From the NCBI RefSeq assembly GCF_006345805.1, contig NC_043020.1, positions 1,612,001-1,676,000 on the forward strand: a stretch of DNA of 64,000 bases. The letters run 5' to 3'. Both the position numbers and the translations under genes were made by a program. Positions 51,219 through 62,976 of this stretch are shown here, one piece after another. The notes beneath the pieces are model-generated. The model searched no databases. It was not told where the DNA came from and was given only the letters and a program-made list of their open reading frames with translations. The stretch's first letter is position 1. Each line of letters begins with the position of its first letter. Source of the DNA: Octopus sinensis. Lineage: Eukaryota.

Positions 51219-51452
51219 TATATATATATGTAATGTCTGTCTGTCTCTGTCTCTTGTCCGCAGGCATCCTTGTTGAAAAGACGCTCTCCTGGATGGTGAT
51301 GTCTTCTCACAAAATTCTAAACACCAGCACATGTGATGCAGATACTTGGCAGTTGGGGCTGTGAAAGTGGTGCATGATGTCTTTCAAAGCAACGATTTGC
51401 CAAGCATGCAGAACTGCAGTAAGTGTTGTTATTGTTGTTATTATTATTATCA

Positions 51453-51532
<80 letters not shown>

Positions 51533-51847
51533 GTTTTTGTTGTTGTTACTATTATTTCCTTTCAATTTTGTTTCCATTCTTACTGTGTGACTTCCCAGCC
51601 CCTAGGGCAAAGGATATAAATAGGGCTTGTGTATATATATTTCGCGATGATAGATCGTTAACCACTACACACATTTTTTTCTCTCCTTGTTTTTTTTCTG
51701 TGTCCCTCTCTGTAGAAGAGCGTAGGCTCGAAACGTAAAAGACTTTTTATATTCCTGAGCGTTATACTAATACATCTGTTTGTTTTGTACACCATCTGTC
51801 TTCGTCTTTTGTTTTTTCCGTAAACTCTCCCTATATATATATATATT

Positions 51848-51892
<45 letters not shown>

Positions 51893-52173
51893 GAAATATT
51901 GAATTTCTAAATCTCTCGTAGAGACATGTACGGTGGTGGGGCGATAGAATGGTTGTATACTGTCAATCTAACAAGAACGTGACAGTAGGGGGTACACCAC
52001 CGTTGTATAGCCCTAGGAGGCATCGAACGCCTCCTGACAGCTTCGACACATTTTTTCCCTGTGTCCTTATATACATATATGAAGGGGAGACAAACACCCC
52101 CGGCCGTCGGAACTGCATCTAGAGACACCGTGTTTCAGGATGATTGTCCTTCATATATATATATATGTGTGTG

Positions 52174-52248
<75 letters not shown>

Positions 52249-53965
52249 TGTGTGTGTGCGCGTGGCTATAAGGGGAATCGAAGTGAGCAGATACAGAGAC
52301 ATTTCAAATCAACATATAAAGACCTTGGGTTTAAATGTGCAATATACATATATATATATATACCTGTATACATGTAGAAAAGATAAGAAACTTAAATCTG
52401 CATTCTCTTTTTACATGAATAAATATTTTCTACATCTAAACCCCAAAGTCTTTATCTGTCTATTTAAAATATTCGCTCTCTCTCTCTCCCTCTCTCCCTC
52501 TTTGTATATATATATATATATATATACATCCATCCATCCATCCATCCATCCATCCATCCATCCATCCATACATACATACATACATATATAGTGGGTGTGC
52601 AACACGATACTGTTTTAAGTTTTGTTTTCTGTTTCAGTTGCGAAGATGCAGGCAGAGGGTGTCGCAGGAATCGTAGTATTAGCCATGTGTGACAACCAAC
52701 TCTTGCTACATCAACTTCTGAGGCAGAAAAATATTCCTCACGTCCCGGTTCCTTCGACGTATTGTTACCGCGATCATTTCGAGGAAGGTCGCTCCCCTTG
52801 GCGCTTACGTCAACGCGCCTCGACGTTGAGCCTAGTCATAAAAGACACGATCAAAGCACTTAATTTTCTTGCCATTAAAGAGATTATCATTTTCACTGAC
52901 GGAACTTACAGTAAGTATACATAAGCATTATTATATATTTATCATATGAAGTGTCTGTTGTCTCCACAGTACTGCATACATTGTATAACGTGTTTAGTAA
53001 TTACAACTGCATCTTTGTAGAACCTTGGTAGCAATTGGATATGGACATACACTGCAGTATAACACTAATTTGTATGTAACATACTGCAGCGTAAGGCGGC
53101 GAACTGGCAGAATCGCTAGCACGCTGGGCGAAATGCTTAGCGGTATTTCGTTTATCGCTACGTTCTGAGTTCAAATTCCGCCGAGGTCGACTTTGCCTTT
53201 CATCCTTTCGGAGTCGATTAAATAAGTACCAGTTACGCACTGGGGTCGATATAATCGACTTAATCCGTTTATCTGTCCTTCATTGTCCCCTCTGTGTGTA
53301 GCCCCTTGTGGGCAGTAAAAAAATAAGAATCGTTAGCACGCCGGACGAAATACTTAGTGACATGTCGTCCGTTTACATTCAATTTTGGCGCAAGACCAGT
53401 AATTGGGGGTGGATATTAGGGCTGATGTGATCCTAGAAATTGTCTGACAGCCATGACTGGGTTCTCCTGCTTGTATGAGGAATACCGAATGTCATCACGC
53501 ACCACCTGCTTGATGAGAAACTCAGACACTTCCATATCCCTGGCGATTGACCTGATTGACTTGGAGGGATCGCTGTCAGTCATGGCCTGGACTTTACCAA
53601 CAAATTTAGGAGTGAGTTCTGTTCTTATCAGAACGATCAGAGTGAGTTTTTCCAGCTGCTGTACCTTCGTAATCACCATTAGACTCATCCAACTCTTTCC
53701 GAAAATTTCTGCACCGTCCTCAGATTCACCTCCAAACACTCTGAAATGTTCTATTAGGAGCTTCTGGCTCGAATGTCAAGCAGTACAGCATGTCGTTTCC
53801 AAATTTCTGGCAGGGTGAATTGCGTCATGGTGCTGTTTTTTTTTTTTTTTCACAGACAGTACCCAACTGACCCTTCTATACTATGTAGTCGTCAAAATCA
53901 AAAAAAAAAAACAATGCGCATGCATGAAATTAAAAATATAAATGGCGATAGTTTACCCATCGCAC

Positions 53966-54003
<38 letters not shown>

Positions 54004-55289
54004 TTTGTGTTTGTGTGTGTGTATGTGTGTTTGTGTGTGTGTATGTGTGTTTGTGTGTGTGTGTGTATGTGTGTGTGCGCGCACATTTAGTGATTAAATG
54101 CACAAACTGTTGCTGCTTTTGGTGGCCTAGTAGGTAAGGGGTTTAGAAGTAGTGACATAATACAGAGGTGGAGGTTTCAAATCTCTGCCAGGAAATAAGG
54201 GGGGTCTTACTAAACTTAAACGGCGGTGCATCAGCATAGCCGCAGCTCTGAGCTGAAACAAGAAGAAAAAAAAAAAAAAAACTGAAACCAATTTTATGCA
54301 AATATTCTGTCATCAAGTTCTAACTAATTATATCTAAATGAAATTATATCTAATGCTAATTATATCTAATACTTAAGAAGGTGACAGACACACGGACGTT
54401 CGGCTTCTTTAATTGCCATTGTTAAAACAAGCTCTTTTTGTGTTGTCATTCATTATTAATTACGCCACTATTCAGTCACAAGATTAATTGTGAGTGTTGG
54501 TGATTGAACGAAAGAACTTTAGTTAATGCCTCGCTTAGTAACACAATAACACTATTTCCAGTAAGTTGAGCGAATAGAACACGATACTAATTTTCCTTTT
54601 TGTTCATGTAAGATCGGTTTCTTTACAATGTTCTACCAACGAAAAGAAACGTATAACAACCATTGTCTTATTAAATAAAAGTTACACACACAAAAATATT
54701 ACCACGCCTCTGTTATCATTATTATATAATCACATATTCAGCATAAGTTCATTCGGTGCTTTTACACCATTATCTCTTTGATATTTTCCAACCATGATAA
54801 TAAAAAAGAAAAAAACAATCACAGATTAAACGGATGGAAACAGCAAGAAAGTAATATATTAGCATATCACTGAAAGGAAATCATTGCGCAATTATAAATC
54901 TGTATAGTTTTAGTTCTATATTCATCTGAGCAGTGAAGGATTTGTGGTTAAGATGTGCGCTTTGCAATCGCTTAGTTCCGAGTTCATTCTTACAGTGTGT
55001 CAACTTGGGCAAATGTCTTTTACTATAACCCTGACGTGTGAGAGAATTTGGTAGCAGGCACCTTAACCACACGGCCAATCGCCATGTTGAATCGCTAGCT
55101 TCTGCACGAATTTTTTTTCTCTCCTTGTTTCTTTCCGTGTTTCTTTTCTGTGTATCTTTCTGTTGAAGAGCGTAGGCTCGAAACGTAAAAGACTTGTTTT
55201 ATTTATATTCCTGAGCGCCATACTAATACAATTGTTTGTTTGTATTCCACCTGCCTTCGTCTTTTGTCTATTTTCATAAAGCTTCCCGT

Positions 55290-55349
<60 letters not shown>

Positions 55350-55661
55350 TTTACCTGTTTCAGTTACTTGAATGTGCCCATGCTGGGGCACCGCCTTGAA
55401 GGATTTTAATCGAACAAATCAATCTTAGGACTTTCTCTTAAGTCGAGTAGTCATTCAATCTTCTCCCTTACGAACCGCTAAGTTACTGGGATATAAACAC
55501 AGCAACACCGGTTGTCAAGCGGTTTTGGGAGACAAACACAGGCCCAAAGACACACACACACATATACAAGTATATATACATGTCTGCCTTCTACGATAGC
55601 CTCGGGCCGATCAAATCCTTCTTGAGTGGACTCGGTAGAAGGAAACTAAAAGAAACCCGTC

Positions 55662-55719
<58 letters not shown>

Positions 55720-55957
55720 CAATATTTTATAATTATGAGTATAATTATAATTAGGGTTCAGCAAAGATTTGCTTTACCACATACCGAACTTTAGAAATAG
55801 GAACCAAAGAACCTTAGCTATAATTATACTCGTAATTATAAAATAGTGTTTAAGTTTACCGAAAAAATGGTCCTTTTAATATGCCGAATTCTACTTGGTG
55901 GAATTATTAATTACTAGTTAATTAATTAATTTTACCCTTTATTATTATCATTATTAT

Positions 55958-55996
<39 letters not shown>

Positions 55997-58013
55997 CGTG
56001 TGGTTAAGGTTCTTGCTACAAAATTCTCTCACAAGTCAGGGTTATAGTAAAAGGTACTTGCCCAAGGTGACGCGCTCTAAGAATGAACTCAGAACTATGC
56101 GATTGCAAAGCGCACATCTTAACCACACATCCTTCACTGCTCAGATGAATATAGAACTAAAACTATACAGATTTATAATTGCACAACGATTTTCTTTCAG
56201 TGATATGCTAATATATTACTTTCTTGCTGTTTCCATCTGACATTTGTCTTTTAATCTGTGATTGCTTTTTTGTTAATTATCATGGTTGGAAAATATCAAA
56301 GAGATAATGGTGTAAAAGCACCGAATGAACTTATGCTGCATATGTGATTATATAATAATGATAACAGAGGCGTGGTAATATTTTTGTTTGTAACTTTTTT
56401 ATAATAAGACAATGGTTGTTGTACGTTTCTTTTCGTTGGTAGAATATTGTAAAGAAACCGTTCTTACATGAACAAAAAGGAAAATTAGTATCGTGTTCTA
56501 TTCGCTCAACTTACTGGAAATAGTGTTATACATACATTTATCTACCTAACAGTCCGTTAACAAAAGGGAACACAGTGTAAATAACGGATTGAAAAGGTTG
56601 CAAGACGCAACGAAAATTTTAGGAAAATAAAAATAAGAAATAAGTGGAAATTCTACCGGTGAGTGTGTTACATTATAAGGCACAAAAAGAAAATGACTCT
56701 CCCCAGACACAACAGAATAATAATAATGTTCTATTTCTGTTTCATTTCTACACTGTCTTCTACGCAGACATCAATCAAGCCAGTGTCATCTTACAGAGTC
56801 TTTCAGAAGAAAATATTAGATTTATGGCTTACCAAGTGAACTATACCAATGCCAGCTATAAAAGCGTACTGGAATGGACAAAGAAATCCATTAAACGAAC
56901 CTACTTTCTACTGTTGACCTATGGTCAAGGGTCAATGGAAATACTAAACTGTGTAGGTATCATTGTTTTTTAAAATACGTCGATGTCTTATTCATATATT
57001 TTAAAACATTCTCGACCGCACATATTCAATACATGTGTCTTATTTGTTAGCCGGGTTGCTGTGGGTAGCTCCTGGAGGGATGATTCCCTCATTACGCTGG
57101 GTGTTTAAAAACCTAAAACTCATAGACAGGCGAGAAAACTCTCCTCCGATCCATTTCAGAAGAACGTATCTTTTAATTCGTTATTGAATTTAATTTTTCA
57201 TATGCGTCATCGTGGCATACCAGCAAATAGGTTTTACACTATTTATATATAGTCAGAGACTGGCGATTCTATTTGTCCCCGGTTCGATTCAGGCATGTGA
57301 TACTGATAAGCCACAACAATAGCGAAATATCCATCACTCCTAGATCGAATTGGGGGCAACCTCTCTCGCCATTCTATGACCTTCAGGTGTTTTAACATCC
57401 AGGTTAATGAGGTAATCGTCTCTCCAGGAGATATACTGTGACAAACTGGAATTTCCAATGAAATCGACAAAGACTACCTTTATCAATTGCGCCACCGACC
57501 ACTGAAACACCTGATATTCTTCTATATGCATCTCAATCACAGTTACCATTAACACTCATCATACACACTCATGCACACACGTGCACATATATATTGCATT
57601 CTGTGACATAGTTTTCTTTTCCTGCATGTTAGGATATATACGTATATATATAATAGCCTTGGTGGCTATTTTTCTTATTTATATATGTATAATTCATCGT
57701 CTTCGGACATGTCTTAAGTATGCTTGGCCAATGGTTTAAATTTATATTAATTAATAATATTAATATCTACTCTCATTATTTAACTTGTATATATATATCT
57801 CAGTTCAAGATAAATATTTAAACCACCTGATGAATGACTGTAACTCGAAAATTTAAAGAAATTAACAGCCATGAAACGATCGTAGTGTTATATTAATTAT
57901 ATTTTTTTAATAATGTTGTTATATATTTTAATAATATAAATTAAATAATCTTATGTATTGGGTTAAGTTTTTCATTGTATGATTTGCCTAATAGTGGTTT
58001 TGTCTCTAATTTA

Positions 58014-58072
<59 letters not shown>

Positions 58073-58159
58073 ATATATATATATATGTATGTATATGTAT
58101 ATATATATATGTGTGTGTGTATGTGTGTATATATATATATATGTATGTATATGTATATG

Positions 58160-58200
<41 letters not shown>

Positions 58201-59882
58201 TACATGGTGATATGGCATGATTATTTCTTTCTGTATTTTATAGGCAAGAGACTTGGAACTAATCCGTTACAACACATTTTGGATAATTGCCAACTTGGAC
58301 ATGAATATCGAGGAGTTAAAAACTCTTGACCTGCAGAATGTTCGAGCAAACATCCTCTACATAAAGAAGCCTTGTATTTCTTCATCCGTAGGCATATCTG
58401 GTGAGCAGAATGGATTTAATATATCAGTAAGTAGACAGACGTAAATTCTTTTATGATTATAGATAGACTTAGATGTACATATATATCTCTATAAATTATA
58501 TACTCAACCTATATAAAACTATACCGCTATATTTCACTGTTTATTTTATAATATAAGAAATATGCTCTAAAATTATTAGCATATAAAATATATAAATTTT
58601 AAATATATTCCTTTAATTTAACTTTACTTTATTAATACCAAAAATTACTATTTAATAATTAACTACAAATATATGTTAAGTTAATATAGAAATATTTAAA
58701 TATGGAATTATTTCTATATTCTCTATCCCTCTATTGTGTAAAATACTGAAAATATTCTGAAATATTCTATTTTGTTTTTGTGTGTGTGAAAGCAATCTCT
58801 AAAATGTACCTATGTATATATAAATAACACTGGTTTTATGGTTGTCAAATAGTTAAGTATTATACATATACACACACATATATTTAAATGAAGAGAAACC
58901 ATCATATATATAATGTGACCTCGTGTGTACCGTTGGCGATTTTTTTTCCTTTGTCTTCCCTTCTCTGGATCTTTCCTTCTCCTATGTTTCCGACGAAGAG
59001 CTCTGCTCGAAACGTTAAACCCTCCTTCTTTCCTTCTTTCCTGAGCGTCCAATAATTCTATATTTGTTCTACGTCCTCGCGTTGTTGCGTGTTTTTGTGC
59101 TTTCTTGTTTGGATTAACTATATATATATGTATATATATCATGATAATAATAAATAAATAATAATTTAGACAAATACGTATACTTCGATTGGTGTGTTTA
59201 AATTTTGAGTGGAGCCCCGGCACGGTTTAGGCTACTTGTTGTCGTTGACTGCAGTTGTGGTACATTTCCGTTAGATCTACGTCAGGAACTTCGAAGTGGC
59301 AGTTAGTGTAATATTATTAATTAATAGTAGGAGATGGATTTCGTATTAGACTTTTATTAGGTACAATAAATGTACTTGTAATTGTGAGCTCGACGCTCTA
59401 ACCACTGAGCCATGTGCAGCCGGAGTGTAGTTTCTTCTCGTCTAAAGACAATCTGCTATTCAGCTCTCTTGAAAGTTGCTTATTACAACTCTGTGTGTGT
59501 GTGCTTATGCATTTATCCGAATTCATATCTCTCCTTCAGATTACCGACAATTATCTGCTGCAAACGGTATCCCGTTACTTTACATACTGTCTGAATATGA
59601 GCGAGACGACACCTCAACCATCCGAAATATGGCAAGCGGAGCTGTTCTTCCCAATTGCAGAGATGGAGTTTGACGTAACATTTTTATTGATTCTTTTGTT
59701 GTCTGCTTTACATAATGATTTGTTTATTTGCTCCTATATTTTCATATAGCATCCTATATTGCAGGTTTCTAACTAGAGAGATTCTAGTTTACTGCATTAA
59801 TGATGGCGTCGTCGACAGATATACATAGTCATCTTCCAATGTATACGTGTGAATGTCTGTATATCGGTCACTATGTGTGTGA

Positions 59883-59913
<31 letters not shown>

Positions 59914-62746
59914 ATATATATAACCAAGAAAAAAGCAACAAGAATGGATTAGTAGTTTAGTACAATTGTTTCATACTAAGAGCAATTTTATTTGAAGCTG
60001 CAAATATTGCAGCAAATACAAATGTCCAGTATTCATAAGCTAAATCACATATATGTTTTCCAGACATCCTAGAGGGTTTGATTATCCTCATGAAGTATTA
60101 GGAGTGAGTTCTATGAAATTTAAAGTCAAATTATTAGCAGACTTAAAATGCTTTCTAATGATGCACAGTTTTATAAAAAGTTTTTAAAAAGATTTGAATT
60201 CATTGGAATTCACTTGAATCTTAATTGTTTTTTTGCTGAATATATATATATATATATATACACTCAAGCACACAAATATATATATATATACACACTTTAT
60301 GTACTGACTTTTGTTCTGTTAAACATTACGATCGTTTAGCTTCCACAATACACATATAAACTGAATACACTTAGATTAATTACCACCATAATACCACTCG
60401 GTCGCTGTACCGATTCTTACTTTTTTCTCTGTTTAGGAAACCAACGACAACATGTTTATGGTTGATCCAGAAGAGGTTGTCGATCGAAAATACGATATAT
60501 TCCGTGTAGATGGCTACGAAGAGGAGCCCACCTACAAGCGAATAGGAGAGTGGTGTTCTGAAGTAGGTTTAGTTTTCATGGTGACGCCTATAGACGCAAG
60601 GGATGTCTTTCCCAACGCTTTACCTGGATTGGGTAACGCAACCCTAAAGGTTGGAACCGTCGTGGTGAGTAGTCTTGAATCGTCATTGTAGTGTTTTTTT
60701 TTTCTTTTGCCCTCTACTGTTTATTTGTTTCAGTCATTAGACTGCTGCTGTCCTGGGGCACCGACTTGAAGGGTCTTGAAATCGAACCGCAGTACAGATG
60801 TTTGTTTAAACGCATGAAACTCATTCTATTGGCCTCTGATGTCGACTGCTGAGGTATGGCGACATAAACAAACCAACAATGATTGTCAAACGATGTGTAA
60901 AGATACACACATATACACACATGTTTGAATATGTGTGTATAAGTAAATAAAATAAAGTTTCCCTTCTCAAGGATGTATTTGATTAGATAAAATGCTTAAA
61001 TAGTCTTAACTATTAATTTTGCCATGAAGGGAAACCACTGGGCCATCGGATTTCCAAGATATAGCCCCCCACCCATCATCACAGATCCCCCTCTATGTTT
61101 AACAGAAGGCAGTTTGGGTCAAATGCTTCTTTTGGCTCTCTCCATACGTATACTCGGCTGGTAGTCAGAAATAAGGTAAAGGAGGACTCATTCGAGAAAA
61201 CATTCTTCCACTGCTCTAGGGACCAATTCTGTAGGTTATTACTCCATTCTAAACACTTTGCGACGTTTGTTTTTGAAAGTAGTGGTTTTCTGATTGCAAC
61301 TCTCCCGTGAAATCCGGTTTTATGCAGCTCCCAGCGAACAGTTTTTGTGGAAACAGGGTTCTCGAAGTGGTATTTAAGCTCTGCAGTAATTTTGGGGGCT
61401 GTACTTTTGTGATTCTTTCTAACAATTCGCGTAAGAGTTCGACGGTCCCTATCTGAATGTTTTGATTTTCTTCCGGAGTTTTGTTTCGAAGAGGAGGGTT
61501 TTTTTCCCTCTTTCTCAAAGGCTGTCATTACTTTCGAGATAGAAATCCTTAATACATCAAACATTTCGGCTGTTTTTGTTATGCTAGCGCCTGCCATATG
61601 AGCACCAACAATTTGACCTCTTTGAAAATCCGACAGATTTGTCATTTTAATGAATTTTAATTACCTTTTTCTGGTGATATCTGAAAAGAAACAACAATTT
61701 TAGCAAAACAATTTAAGCGACACTAATGATAAATAAAAAAAAAACATAAAAATAACAAGCTTTTGATGGTTTTATAGATATTTCAAAATTACGATGCTAG
61801 TTTTTTTTCCATTTTTTGTCCAACCTCTGTATTTATATATATATGTTTATGTTTCAGCTGGCCCCATACATCACTCGAGTAAACGGTACCGGATGGGAAG
61901 GATTTTGTATCGATATACTCAATGAAATGAGTAGTACCATGAACTTCAAGTAAGTCGGTTACTTCACTTATACAATTTATGTATGTGTATATGTGTATGT
62001 TTGTCCGTCTGTCTGTCTTTCTGTCGGTCTGTCTATATGTATGCATGTATGTATATTAAACCAAAACGAAACAAAAGCCACCTGTTAACAAAACGAGGTA
62101 AGTTCACGACCGAGATTGTTTGAGGCTTAGACAAATAGAAAGATTAGTAATTATGACGTTTCGGAGATTGTCCTTTTTCAGAGTAACTTGTAGAGCGGAA
62201 AGAAGGTATTAGAAATGAGGAATAGCCGAGCAATCGGAGCAAAAGTACCATCCTCGTACATATATGCACACAGCAACCACATTAACCGCAAATCATATTC
62301 TGCTGTCTTCATAAAGAAAACACATTAGAAAGCACATAAGCAGAAAAAGTAGTTCTAAATACAAGGACTGCATTTCCAGTAAAACACTGGTTCAGTCTGG
62401 TACTGTGCTTAATATTATCAACTTTACCCCTTCCTTGTGCTGAACCCACCGAACTTTGTGGTCGAAGTTTATAATCGTTCACTCAACCTGAGAATTATTA
62501 ATTAACAAAAATGTTATAATTAAAAATCTATTATAATTTTATACAAGAATTATTAATAATAAAAAAACGAATAGATCTGTTGTTTCGCCTTTATAATTTT
62601 ACAGACATATCGATCCCTTATTTATCTCCTTTGTTCATTTTTCTCCTTTCAGTTATGTACTGCAAGAACCTGAAGACAAGATGTTCGGTGTTTATGATAA
62701 TGCAACACATAACTGGACTGGAGTTATAGGAATGGCATACAACAAC
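50714..62746 (+). CDS. Gene B: paralogous iGluR/IR-like gene, 9 exons, 3'-partial; carries an apparent 1-nt frameshift in exon 2 (pseudogene or assembly error)
   Basis: Exons of 130,155,273,185,183,135,228,92,94 nt with the same intron phases as gene A; [10 protein letters not shown] and FG...WTGVIGM S1 motifs. Confidence 0.88.
51264..51418 (+). pseudogene. Gene B exon 2 with a 1-nt deletion near 51343-51346
   Basis: tccgcag| acceptor and A|GTAAGT donor. The 5' half (ILVEKTLSW) and 3' half ([17 protein letters not shown]) each match gene A exon 2 but in different frames; as written there is a TGA at 51362-51364. Confidence 0.75.
51704..51743 (+). ncRNA. Minimal hammerhead-like motif (family P1) in gene B intron 2
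   Basis: CUGUAGA-A-GAGC-GUAG-GCUC-GAAA-CGUA-AAAGAC; helix I is mismatched in this copy. Confidence 0.5.
52638..52910 (+). CDS. Gene B exon 3 ([17 protein letters not shown]...IIIFTDGTY)
   Basis: gtttcag| acceptor and A|GTAAGT donor; 273 nt, phase 1-1; N-terminal-domain-like GV.GIV motif. Confidence 0.88.
53091..53330 (+). mobile_element. SINE family A, full length
   Basis: Matches 25110-25338. Shorter family A relics also occur near 654-790, 8660-8880, 23910-24210, 38716-38850, 42806-43160, 49390-49560 and 50250-50395. Confidence 0.82.
53415..53969 (-). mobile_element. Second copy of the same mariner-like family
   Basis: [27 protein letters not shown]; end reads cagggtg; shares ~170 bp with 39820-39990. 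Confidence 0.78.
55154..55193 (+). ncRNA. Minimal hammerhead-like motif (family P1) in gene B intron 3
   Basis: UCUUU-CUGUUGA-A-GAGC-GUAG-GCUC-GAAA-CGUA-AAAGA; 5-bp helix I, predicted cut after 55187. Confidence 0.62.
55358..55665 (-). mobile_element. SINE family B, 5'-truncated
   Basis: Tail and middle match the other family B copies. Confidence 0.72.
56768..56952 (+). CDS. Gene B exon 4
   Basis: tacgcag| acceptor and TGT|GTAGGT donor; 185 nt, phase 1-0. Confidence 0.85.
58244..58426 (+). CDS. Gene B exon 5
   Basis: ttttatag| acceptor and TCA|GTAAGT donor; 183 nt, phase 0-0. Confidence 0.87.
58985..59020 (+). ncRNA. Minimal hammerhead-like motif (family P2) in gene B intron 5
   Basis: GUUU-CCGACGA-A-GAGC-UCU-GCUC-GAAA-CGUU-AAAC; lies in a repeat at ~58915-59125. 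Confidence 0.55.
59540..59674 (+). CDS. Gene B exon 6 (ITDNYLLQ...EMEFD)
   Basis: ccttcag| acceptor and GAC|GTAACA donor; 135 nt, phase 0-0, open frame. Confidence 0.72.
60437..60664 (+). CDS. Gene B exon 7 (...IGEW...[19 protein letters not shown])
   Basis: gtttag| acceptor and GTG|GTGAGT donor; 228 nt. Confidence 0.92.
61079..61829 (-). mobile_element. Tc1 transposase 5' fragment with one terminus
   Basis: [29 protein letters not shown] and FSNESSF motifs; terminus TA|cagaggttggacaaaaaatgg at 61829. Confidence 0.9.
61858..61949 (+). CDS. Gene B exon 8 ([30 protein letters not shown])
   Basis: gtttcag| acceptor and AA|GTAAGT donor; 92 nt, phase 0-2. Confidence 0.93.
62653..62746 (+). CDS. 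Gene B exon 9 ([12 protein letters not shown]...[11 protein letters not shown])
   Basis: ctttcag| acceptor and AAC|GTAAGT donor; 94 nt, phase 2-0. Confidence 0.93.
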
Positions 62747-62976
62747 GTAAGTTCCTTAGAATGCTATCTTCATTGTTGTTGCTTTTCAAACCACGAGCAG
62801 CACTGATCGATCTGGTCTATAATTAGTGGCGAACCACTCATATACCTTACAATTTTTTTTGCGTGTGTATCAAAGACAACATTGTTAATTATATCTACTT
62901 GGAGTATCAAACACAACATAGTTTAACCCTTTCGTATTCAGATTATTTTGTCAAATGTAATGTTTTTTCATTGACA

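Larger units (their letters stand above)
54548..56529. repeat. ~530-bp inverted duplication (arms 54548-55078 and 55992-56529)
   Basis: Arms are reverse complements; the ORF track shows the same peptide on both strands (54881- and 55992+). Confidence 0.9.

Noticed and set aside
54881-56240. Duplicated small protein gene (MAVWLR...)
   Set aside because: The N-terminal part is a decayed SINE-B head inside an inverted duplication; there is no splice or coding evidence.
58400-58406. Alternative donor G|GTGAGC in gene B exon 5
   Set aside because: Phase 1 would frameshift into exon 6; the downstream GTAAGT keeps the frame.
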